Shown: positions 46,481 to 54,745 of the stretch, one piece after another
How positions within the stretch are numbered: position 1 is the first letter of the stretch
How the letters are laid out: each line of letters opens with the position of its first letter
Assembly: GCA_041663045.1 (NCBI GenBank)
Contig: JBAZRH010000001.1
Location: 1,817 to 65,816, forward strand
Length of the DNA stretch: 64,000 nt
Source of the DNA: Minisyncoccota bacterium
Lineage (GTDB): Bacteria; Patescibacteriota; Minisyncoccia; Phycocordibacterales; GWA1-40-21
Direction: 5' to 3'
The notes under the pieces: generated by a model
What the model was told of the DNA's origin: nothing
The model's database searches: none
What the model saw: only the letters and a program-made list of their open reading frames with translations
Position numbers and translations under genes: made by a program

Positions 46481-48853
46481 ATGAAAGTATCATATAAATG
46501 GTTAAATGAATTCTTGGGAGGCAAAGCGCTAAAGGTTGGAAAATTTGCAGAGCTTTTGACTATGAATTCGGTGGAGATAGAGAGTATTGAAAAAGCTGGA
46601 GGTGATTTTGTACTTGATGCAAAAACTACGCCAAATTTGAATCATCATTTGCTTTGCCATAGAGGAATCGCTAGAGAAGCCGGCGTTCTTGCCGATATAA
46701 AAGTATCTCAATATTCAAGGGAATTTGCTAACTTGGAAGCCAGGCTTCCAAGTGAGAGAAAGCTTAAGGTAAATATTGTAGACGGGAAATTGTGTAGAAG
46801 ATATACCGGAAGAATTGTGGAAAATGTCAAAGTCGGTCCATCGCCGAAGTGGCTTGCGGAAAAACTTGAAATTCTCGGTCAAAGGTCAATAAATAATATT
46901 GTCGATGCCACAAACTTTCTTATGCTTGAGCTCGGCCAGCCGATGCATGCTTTTGATGCTGATAAATTGGCGAAAAGCGGGGAAGTCATTATATCCGTGC
47001 AAAATGCAAAAAAGGGCGACAAGATAGTCACTTTAGACAAAAAAGATATTGAATTGGACGAAAGTGTTCTTCTTATCACCGATGGTAAAAATCCTCTTGC
47101 TATTGCCGGAGTAAAAGGAGGAACATTTGCAGAGCTTGATGAAAATACGACAAATGTTGTATTGGAATCTGCCAATTTTGCACCAACTCTTATAAGAAAG
47201 ACATCCCAAAAATTTAAAATTCAAACTGACGCCTCAAAGAGATATGAAAATGATTTGACCCCTGAATTATGCGGAGAAGCTATGGATATTCTTACAAAAT
47301 TGATTGTTGAAATTGCCGGCACAAAAGATACAAAAGTCGGCGAAGTCGTGGACAATTATCCGCGACCTGCCGGAAAATACAAGCTCGGAATTTCTGCTGA
47401 AGAAGCAAGTGATATTATCGGTGTAAAAATAAGTGACAAAGAAATCGCAAAGATTTTTGACAGATTTGGATTTGAATATAAAAAAGTGAAGCCGATAGAT
47501 GAGGTGTTGAAGATGGCACCGACTTTTGTGGGAATACCGTACAAATACGGAGCAAGTGTTTCCTATGATGCGCCGAGGACTTTTGATTGTTCAGGGTTCA
47601 TTTGCTACCTTTTCCGAGAAACTGGCGTGGGGATACCAAGGACATCTATAGATCAATATGTTTTCGGTAAGCCGATTTCAGAAAAAGATTTGAGACTGGG
47701 GGATGAAGTATTTTCTAACACAAAAGAGGGCAAAATACATTATGAGACAAAAGAATTTTTGCCAGGTACAAAAGTGCCAGAAGGCGTGGATCATTGCGGT
47801 TTATATCTTGGAGATGGGAAGATAATCCATGCTACAGGCCTATTTGGCAAAGTAGTTATTGAAGATTTGAATAAATCGGATAGATTCAAAAATATTGTCG
47901 GCTATAGAAGAATGGCGGAAAACACAGAGAGATTTGTCATTACTGTGCCGGATGAGAGGTTAGACTTGAGAATCAAAGAAGATCTGGCAGAAGAAATCGG
48001 TAGAATTTATGGATATGACAAAATAAAAGATGTAAAAATATCAAATAATTCTGGGAAGACGATTTCAGATAAAGCGTATTTCTATAAAACAGAAGTCAGA
48101 AAAGTTCTTGTCTCTCTTGGTTTTTCCGAAATCATAAATTATACATTTAGAGAAAAAGGCGAGGTTGAATTGGCGAATACTATGTCTCCGGAAAAAAGAT
48201 TCTTGAGGACCAATCTTTCGGATGGATTAAAAGAAGCTTTAGAATTCAACGCCAGATATTCTGACTTTATCGATATGTCGCAGATAAAGATTTTTGAATT
48301 CGGACATATCTTTACAAAGAAAGGGGAGTTTGACCATTTTGCTATAGGTGCGAAGAATTCTTCTGGAGTGAAAAAGCCAAAAGAAATTGAAACTTTGGAT
48401 ATTGCGATAAAATCTATAGAAGAAAAGACCGGTCTTGTATTGAATAGAGGAAAAGAAGAAGTGGTGATAGAAGTAGATTTTTCTGATGCGATAAGAGATT
48501 TACCAGAAGCAAAAGAATATGATTTTACCGGTATTGAAAGTAAAGATATGAGATTCAGTAAAATATCGCAGTATCCATTTATGGTGCGAGATGTCGCCGT
48601 GTTTACTCCTGAAGGCACAAAACCGAAGGAGGTCTTTGAAATTATAGAAAAATGGGCAGGTATATTGATGGTCAAAAATAAACTCTTTGATGTATTTACC
48701 AAGAAGTTTCCGGACGGCACGAGCAAGATATCCTATGCTTATAGATTAGTATTTCAGTCTTATGAAAGGACACTTACGGATGACGAAGTAAATAAGATAA
48801 TGGAGAAAATCACTTCAGAATTAAATTCTCAAAAAGGCTGGCAGGTGAGATAA
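46481..48853 (+). CDS. pheT: phenylalanine--tRNA ligase beta subunit with inserted NlpC/P60 domain
   Basis: B3/4 (TPNLNHHLLCHRGIAREA..), B5 (DNYPRPAGKYKLGISAEE..FGFEY), core (VPDERLDLRIKEDLAEEIGRIYGYD) and FDX-ACB C-terminus. Residues ~345-470 are an NlpC/P60 domain (DCSGF, HCGLYLGDGKIIHA). Confidence 0.85.
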   Translation: MKVSYKWLNEFLGGKALKVGKFAELLTMNSVEIESIEKAGGDFVLDAKTTPNLNHHLLCHRGIAREAGVLADIKVSQYSREFANLEARLPSERKLKVNIVDGKLCRRYTGRIVENVKVGPSPKWLAEKLEILGQRSINNIVDATNFLMLELGQPMHAFDADKLAKSGEVIISVQNAKKGDKIVTLDKKDIELDESVLLITDGKNPLAIAGVKGGTFAELDENTTNVVLESANFAPTLIRKTSQKFKIQTDASKRYENDLTPELCGEAMDILTKLIVEIAGTKDTKVGEVVDNYPRPAGKYKLGISAEEASDIIGVKISDKEIAKIFDRFGFEYKKVKPIDEVLKMAPTFVGIPYKYGASVSYDAPRTFDCSGFICYLFRETGVGIPRTSIDQYVFGKPISEKDLRLGDEVFSNTKEGKIHYETKEFLPGTKVPEGVDHCGLYLGDGKIIHATGLFGKVVIEDLNKSDRFKNIVGYRRMAENTERFVITVPDERLDLRIKEDLAEEIGRIYGYDKIKDVKISNNSGKTISDKAYFYKTEVRKVLVSLGFSEIINYTFREKGEVELANTMSPEKRFLRTNLSDGLKEALEFNARYSDFIDMSQIKIFEFGHIFTKKGEFDHFAIGAKNSSGVKKPKEIETLDIAIKSIEEKTGLVLNRGKEEVVIEVDFSDAIRDLPEAKEYDFTGIESKDMRFSKISQYPFMVRDVAVFTPEGTKPKEVFEIIEKWAGILMVKNKLFDVFTKKFPDGTSKISYAYRLVFQSYERTLTDDEVNKIMEKITSELNSQKGWQVR

Positions 48854-48903
48854 GTCTAGAGTTTTAAAGATACGACTTCAACGAGTTTTTAAAACAAAAA
48901 AAT

Positions 48904-48928
48904 ACCGCCGAACACTTGGTTCGGCGGT
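48904..48928 (-). terminator. terminator hairpin (T-run on the minus strand; serves 48947-49150)
   Basis: accgccgaacacttggttcggcggt with A8 on the plus side (T-run on minus). Confidence 0.55.
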
Positions 48929-48946
48929 GGACAATATTCACACAAA

Positions 48947-49150
48947 TTAGGTAGGAGACGCGTTCTGATACCACATACGATACAGTATCGTGTTGGCGGT
49001 AAAGGCATCAATGTCGCATCTTTGTGCGAGGTCGGCTAACACTAAACTGTTGACTGCCCATGCACTCTTACCCCCATTTTTCTTGGTTATCATAACCATT
49101 TGATATACACCCTCAATGAACTCGTTCGTCTTATCATCAGTCGCAACCAT
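48947..49150 (-). CDS. hypothetical small protein (67 aa)
   Basis: AAAGGAG RBS 7 nt before the ATG at 49150 (minus). Terminator downstream on the minus strand. GC slightly elevated. The ORF track extends it to a TTG at 49189. Confidence 0.4.
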   Translation of the reverse strand: MVATDDKTNEFIEGVYQMVMITKKNGGKSAWAVNSLVLADLAQRCDIDAFTANTILYRMWYQNASPT

Positions 49151-49329
49151 GATGGACTCCTTTCTTCTGTTGTTTAGTCCAGTGTGCAATACTACTATAT
49201 CAGTGCCTGTGTGTCAACATGACAAAATATCCACATTTTTATGCCTATTTTGTGGTAGTTTTTCCTTTCATTTTTGCTTCAAAATATGCTATAATTGAGA
49301 GGTAAAAAGCCTATAGCTGTTTTAATTTT

Positions 49330-51405
49330 ATGTCAAAAAACAAAGACGAGAAAGTCAAAAAAGAAGGTCATTATGATGCAAGTTCTATACAGGTTCTTGA
49401 GGGTTTGGAGCCGGTCAGAAAGCGCCCCGGAATGTATATCGGTACCACTGGCCCCGATGGGCTTCATCACCTTATAACAGAGATCTTTGACAACTCTCGT
49501 GACGAAGCGATGGGCGGCTTTTCTGATCACATTGAAGTTGCACTTCTACCAAACAATAGAGTGAGAATTACAGACAATGGCCGAGGTATTCCCGTAGATA
49601 TTCACAAACAGACAAAAGTTTCTGCACTTGAAACTATCATGACAGTCCTTCATGCCGGAGGAAAATTCGGTGGAGAAGATACAGGATACAAAGTTTCCGG
49701 TGGGCTTCATGGAGTCGGAGCATCTGTTGTAAACGCCCTCTCTGTTTATATGAAAGTAATCGTGCACAAAGACGGTTATGCCTACATGCAAGAATATTCA
49801 AAAGGAAAAGTAAAAGCTCCTGTCAAAAAAATCGGCAAATCGGACAATCACGGAACGGTAGTCAATTTTGAGCCAGATCCTGAGATTTTCAAAGAAGGGA
49901 TAGTATTTGATTTTAGCAGAGTTGTTTCTCATATGCGCCAGCAAGCATATCTTGTAAAAGGTTTGAGAATCACTGCCATAGATGCAAGAGGACTCACTGA
50001 GAAGATTGAGAGCAATAAAGAAATGTTTTATTTTGCCGAGCTTGGTTTAGAAGCTCCATCTCAATCATTTTGCTTTGAAGGCGGGCTTTTATCGCTTGTC
50101 AAATTTTACAATCAATTTCAAAAGCCGATTCACAAAAATGTTTTTTATATTGAGAAAAAATCCGAGGGTGTGGAATCGGTAGAAGTTTCTTTGCAATATG
50201 TAGACGACATCTCTGCGAGAATAATGGCTTTTGCCAACAACATTTACAATCCGGAGGGCGGAACACATATCACAGGTTTCAAAGCCGCACTTACAAGAGC
50301 GTTGAATGCCTATGCCAAGAAGAATAATCTGGTAAAAGATAGCGAAGACAATTTTACCGGAGACGACGCGCTTGAGGGGCTTACGGCTGTCATTTCTGTA
50401 AAGATACGCAATATTCAGTTTGAGGGTCAGACAAAGGCCAAACTCGGCTCTGTGGAGGCTAGGGGGGCTGTGGAGGAGGTCTTTGGCGACGCATTTAACA
50501 TGTTTCTTGAGGAAAACCCAGATGATGCGAGATCCATCATTTCCAAGGTTATTCTTGCCCTAAAAGCCAGAAAAGCTGCCAAAGCCGCCAAGGATTCTAT
50601 ATTGAGAAAAGGTGCTCTTGAGGGTATGACTTTGCCAGGGAAGCTCGCAGACTGTCAGAGTAAGGAAGCTTCCGAATCTGAAATATTTATTGTTGAGGGA
50701 GATTCTGCAGGAGGCACGGCCAAAATGGGACGCGACAGACGCACCCAAGCCATCTTGCCTTTGCGAGGAAAGATTTTGAATATTGAAAGAGCAAGACTTG
50801 ATAGAATGCTCGGATCAGAGCAGATTAAAAACCTTGTCGTTGCACTCGGTACGGCTATCGGTGATACTTTTGATATTGAAAAGTTGAGATATCACAAGAT
50901 AATCATCGCCACAGATGCCGATGTAGACGGAGCGCATATTCGCACCTTGCTTCTCACACTCTTTTACAGATATTTTAAACCGCTTATAGACGGAGGATAT
51001 ATTTGCATTGCCCAGCCACCGCTTTATAAAGTGAAAGTTGGAAAAGAAGTGCATTATTTTTACACAGAAGAGGAAAAAACATTTTTCTTCAAGAAATCAA
51101 AAATCTCTGATACGGAAGTTGAGGAAGTTGAAAGCGCGGAAGAAGCTCCCGCGGAAGCGGAGGTTGAAACAGAAGGGAAGAAAAGTGCAAAAGTCCATGT
51201 CCAAAGATATAAGGGTCTTGGAGAAATGAATGCCGAAGAGCTCTGGGAGACGACCATGGATCCGACAAAACGTATGATGAAAAGAGTTTCTGTAAATGAT
51301 GCCGCCGAAGCCGACAAAATCTTTGATATGCTTATGGGCACCGATGTCCCCGCTAGAAAGGCGTTTATACAGTCAAATGCGAAGTTGGCTAACATAGATA
51401 TTTAG
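49330..51405 (+). CDS. gyrB: DNA gyrase subunit B (or topoisomerase IV ParE; single type IIA B subunit in window)
   Basis: GHKL ATPase (LEGLEPVRKRPGMYIGTT, GLHGVGASVVNALS), Toprim EGDSAGG, PLRGKILN, C-terminal tail. Extended-10 promoter TGCTATAAT at ~49285. Confidence 0.85.
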   Translation: MSKNKDEKVKKEGHYDASSIQVLEGLEPVRKRPGMYIGTTGPDGLHHLITEIFDNSRDEAMGGFSDHIEVALLPNNRVRITDNGRGIPVDIHKQTKVSALETIMTVLHAGGKFGGEDTGYKVSGGLHGVGASVVNALSVYMKVIVHKDGYAYMQEYSKGKVKAPVKKIGKSDNHGTVVNFEPDPEIFKEGIVFDFSRVVSHMRQQAYLVKGLRITAIDARGLTEKIESNKEMFYFAELGLEAPSQSFCFEGGLLSLVKFYNQFQKPIHKNVFYIEKKSEGVESVEVSLQYVDDISARIMAFANNIYNPEGGTHITGFKAALTRALNAYAKKNNLVKDSEDNFTGDDALEGLTAVISVKIRNIQFEGQTKAKLGSVEARGAVEEVFGDAFNMFLEENPDDARSIISKVILALKARKAAKAAKDSILRKGALEGMTLPGKLADCQSKEASESEIFIVEGDSAGGTAKMGRDRRTQAILPLRGKILNIERARLDRMLGSEQIKNLVVALGTAIGDTFDIEKLRYHKIIIATDADVDGAHIRTLLLTLFYRYFKPLIDGGYICIAQPPLYKVKVGKEVHYFYTEEEKTFFFKKSKISDTEVEEVESAEEAPAEAEVETEGKKSAKVHVQRYKGLGEMNAEELWETTMDPTKRMMKRVSVNDAAEADKIFDMLMGTDVPARKAFIQSNAKLANIDI

Positions 51406-51597
51406 TCCACTCATACCAGTATTTTTCTGTGCGGAAATTTTCCCCAGCCGGAAAATTTCCTAATCCTCGGCGGCTTGCGCTGTGGTATACTTTTGCTCCG
51501 TGAATACACTCCGCAAAATTACACCACATCGCACCATGCAAGCTTGCCTGCGGACACAGAAAAATACTGGTATTCGTTCGTTGACTACTTAGACTTC
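51402..51597 (-). mobile_element. MITE-like element copy B (inverted relative to copy A)
   Basis: TIRs ataccagtatttttctgtg (51411-51429) and its inverse at 51556-51574. Internal core gtgtaattttgcggagtgtattcacggagcaaaagtataccac is identical to copy A in reverse complement. Confidence 0.6.
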
Positions 51598-51624
51598 TTA
51601 TTTTTTATTTGATATCATCTTGTT

Positions 51625-52218
51625 ATGGAGTTACTTATTGAGGCTTTTCTTTTAGGTTTAGTTGGCGGAGCAGTTCCTGGTCCAATACTGACCGGTACTT
51701 TTACCGAAATTCTTAGTGACGGCTTTATTAAAGGATGTAGGGTGATTATCTGGGCACTAATTGCAGAGACCATAGGAGCCATTATAGCCCTTTATGTCTT
51801 ATACACTTTGGGTCTTTCAAAAATAGTCATTCAAATTATTTCAATTGGTGGTGCCTTAGTACTTTTCTGGCTTGCCTCTAGTGTTTGGAGAATAAGGGAG
51901 ATTAATATTGAAGCCAAACAGATTTTATCTTTTCCAAAGATTATACTTTTGACAGCTCTTAACAGTGGTTACTGGATATTCTGGATAACTGTCGGTATTC
52001 CCAAGGCACTTTCGTTGGATCAAATATTAACCGATGGTAAGTTTTTGTTTCTATTTTTCTTTGAGCTAGCTTGGCTGATAATAACTTTTGTCTTAGCCTT
52101 TATATTCTTCAAATTTCGCCCTCTTTTACAAAGAAAGAATCTGGTAGGCGTGACTTTTAAGGTCTTAGCTTCCGTATTAATCTTGTTAGGTATTAAGACT
52201 TTAATTGGCGTTTTTTAA
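51625..52218 (+). CDS. LysE/RhtB-family amino-acid exporter-like membrane protein
   Basis: ~6 TM helices, N-terminal GLVGGAVPGPILT motif typical of the LysE superfamily. Confidence 0.55.
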   Translation: MELLIEAFLLGLVGGAVPGPILTGTFTEILSDGFIKGCRVIIWALIAETIGAIIALYVLYTLGLSKIVIQIISIGGALVLFWLASSVWRIREINIEAKQILSFPKIILLTALNSGYWIFWITVGIPKALSLDQILTDGKFLFLFFFELAWLIITFVLAFIFFKFRPLLQRKNLVGVTFKVLASVLILLGIKTLIGVF

Positions 52219-52259
52219 ATACAAAAGGCGGGGCGCGAAGCGCCCCGCCTTTTGTATTT
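52218..52259. terminator. bidirectional rho-independent terminator
   Basis: aaatacaaaaggcggggcgc...gcgccccgccttttgtattt between convergent genes. Confidence 0.8.
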
Positions 52260-52266
52260 AATTTAA

Positions 52267-53808
52267 TTAGTAAACCTGTATCGTCGCACTTACAGAATTG
52301 TTAGCACTATTTGTATCGTTTGTATTTGGTGTTATTTGAACACTAAATGAATTTGTGCCGGTAATCTGCGGATTGCCAAATATTATTGTATAGTCTGCGC
52401 TTGCACCAGAGGTCAAAGATGACTGATTGTCTTGTCTGTATGTGTAGCCGGCAAGGGAAGGAGACATACTGCCTGTTATGCTCCAAGTGCCTGAATATGA
52501 AGCGCCGATATTTGTCACTCTCACTTTTATCGCTGCATTTCCACCTCTTCCAACCTGGCTAGCAGAAACAAACTGTCCGTATGAGTCTATTGTCCCTACT
52601 CCGATAAGACTGATTGACAAGTCTGCGCCGGAAACATTGTTGTACGAACAACTTTCTTCCCAAGTTCTCAAGCATTTATTTCTTATTTCACACCAAGAAT
52701 ATCCAGCGCTTCCAAGACATCCGTGGATATCGGTATTTCCGCCGATAATATTTACATTATCGATTATATTTACGCTACCACATTGTTTTGTAATATTTGT
52801 GCCATTTGAAGTAATAGTGACAGAAGCTGTCTTTGTACCAGCAGTAGAGTATGTTTTTGTTGGACTTTTATCTGTACTAAACAAGGCATCAGTTCCATTC
52901 CAAGAATATGAATAGTATCCATTACCGCCATTTGCACTAGCAGTCCAGACTACTGCTTGGCCCGTGTATGCTGTCGCAGGGCTTGCTTGGCAACTCCCCG
53001 AAAGAGATGTCCAAGTATATGTTGTTCCGCCATTGTAGTTATAAGTGTTTGCACCATTATTGTATCCGTAGTTGTATGTATAACCATTACCAGGCACTAT
53101 CCCATAAGGGTAATTAGTGTTTGTATAATTATAATTTGTCGAACCAATTACCGATATTGGTATAGTCAAAAAGTTATTACTTGTGTTTGAATCAGTCGAA
53201 TAGTTAAGTGGATTTATTGTTATATATACACTGTTTGCTCCTGTATTTGTTGGGTTATCGAAACCTAGAACATATTGTACTCGATCCCCAGGATTTAGAG
53301 AAACTTGATTATCGGATTGATAATTTGGAGTTGTCATGGAAGGAAGGGTAGCCTTGAAAGACCATACTCCAGAAGCACTATCTCCAATATTTACGATTTC
53401 GAATTTAATGCCGATTTCATCTGTGGTATTTGTGTATTGGGTTTGGCTAAATTGTTTTGTATATCTGTCTATTACTCCGACAGCAATAAGCTTTACCGCG
53501 AGATCCGGTTTGCCACTTATATTTACTATGGATTTGTTTGCTGAAGCAGAAGACGTCGCATAGTTGTAACTGTTGTATGTATTGTAGACATTTGTTGTAC
53601 CACTCTGTTTTGTTTCAGTGCTTGTCGCTTGATTTGGTATAAAAGTTGATGTAAGGGAGGTGGCTATATAATTTGAGCCACTTGAAAAGAGTTTTGGTAT
53701 AAGTTTAAGAGGTACCCACACCAACAAGACGATAACAAGAATAAGCACTATCGCTGTAAATGCAGTGTAAAAAGACTCTTTCATTTTTGTCCAGATTGTA
53801 TTTATCAT
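52267..53808 (-). CDS. N-terminally anchored S/T/N/Y-rich surface protein with two CARDB-like domains and a Cys-bracketed Ig-like domain
   Basis: N-terminal TM helix, low-complexity linker, CARDB-like segments (DLAVKLIAVGVID.., DLSISLIGVGTID..). Domain C..P..G..VVWTASANGGNGYYSYSWNGTD is shared with the 54746 protein. Confidence 0.6.
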   Translation of the reverse strand: MINTIWTKMKESFYTAFTAIVLILVIVLLVWVPLKLIPKLFSSGSNYIATSLTSTFIPNQATSTETKQSGTTNVYNTYNSYNYATSSASANKSIVNISGKPDLAVKLIAVGVIDRYTKQFSQTQYTNTTDEIGIKFEIVNIGDSASGVWSFKATLPSMTTPNYQSDNQVSLNPGDRVQYVLGFDNPTNTGANSVYITINPLNYSTDSNTSNNFLTIPISVIGSTNYNYTNTNYPYGIVPGNGYTYNYGYNNGANTYNYNGGTTYTWTSLSGSCQASPATAYTGQAVVWTASANGGNGYYSYSWNGTDALFSTDKSPTKTYSTAGTKTASVTITSNGTNITKQCGSVNIIDNVNIIGGNTDIHGCLGSAGYSWCEIRNKCLRTWEESCSYNNVSGADLSISLIGVGTIDSYGQFVSASQVGRGGNAAIKVRVTNIGASYSGTWSITGSMSPSLAGYTYRQDNQSSLTSGASADYTIIFGNPQITGTNSFSVQITPNTNDTNSANNSVSATIQVY

Positions 53809-53923
53809 AATAATGTTATAATTAACCTATTAAAGTTTGGGAGAGAGAACTGCTAAACTTATTCCAGTGCATTATACCCCTATTGACTTTTTTTGTCAAG
53901 CGAGTAAAATAGGATCAAATATT

Positions 53924-54562
53924 ATGATAATTGAAACATTAAAAAAGGAAAACCCTATAAATTTCATAAAGCATAGAAAATGGCCATTTTTACTAGACTT
54001 TTTTATTGTTTGTTTTATTACTTTTGGCTTCTTATATATGTTTGGTTGGGTTCCAGATGAACTCAAGATGACGTTTGGAAGATACCCTGCGAAAGAAATT
54101 CTTAATAGGGAAAATGCAGAAGTCCCACTTTCTATAAGAATTCCCGTAATTGATGTCGATGCTCAAGTTTATAATCCGCAAAGTACAAGTACAGAAGTCC
54201 TGGATAGTTTTTTGGCAAGAGGAGCGGTAAGATACCCAGGGTCTGGACTTCTAGGTTATGGAAATATTTTTATCTTTGGACATAATTCACGCCTTGCGGT
54301 AGTGAATAATCAAGCGTATAAGACATTTAATAATCTTAGAGATCTAAAAACGGGTGATCTGATTTATATTGACTCAGACAAAAATGAATTTATTTTTAAA
54401 GTTTCTTCATTAAAGATGGAAGGGGCAGATAAAGCGTTGGTGACATTTGATACAAAGGTTCACAGACTTACTCTCGTAACTTGTAATACTTTTGGTGCAA
54501 AATCTGATAGATATGTCTTAGAAGCTGAGTTTGTAAGTAAACATCCACTTTCAGCCAAATAG
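53924..54562 (+). CDS. sortase (transpeptidase)
   Basis: N-terminal TM anchor, catalytic His in FIFGHNS, TLVTC cysteine motif. A TTGACT promoter at 53884 favours the ATG at 53924 over the ORF-track start at 53837. Confidence 0.75.
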   Translation: MIIETLKKENPINFIKHRKWPFLLDFFIVCFITFGFLYMFGWVPDELKMTFGRYPAKEILNRENAEVPLSIRIPVIDVDAQVYNPQSTSTEVLDSFLARGAVRYPGSGLLGYGNIFIFGHNSRLAVVNNQAYKTFNNLRDLKTGDLIYIDSDKNEFIFKVSSLKMEGADKALVTFDTKVHRLTLVTCNTFGAKSDRYVLEAEFVSKHPLSAK

Positions 54563-54687
54563 TAGGTTTGTTATTAAAAATCCGTCGATGTTCTTTATAT
54601 CTTTTGTAGGTATTTTTTCTCTTAAACCTTTTTACGCCTTATTTACTAGGTTTTTATAGGAATATATCAATGAAATTCATTATGAGC

Positions 54688-54716
54688 TTGACTTTTATAT
54701 TCATATACTATATAAT
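54688..54716 (+). promoter_or_regulatory. consensus sigma70-like promoter (TTGACT-17-TATAAT)
   Basis: Hexamers at 54688-93 and 54711-16 upstream of the 54746 gene. Confidence 0.55.
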
Positions 54717-54745
54717 TATGGGGAAATCATAAATAATAGAAATCT

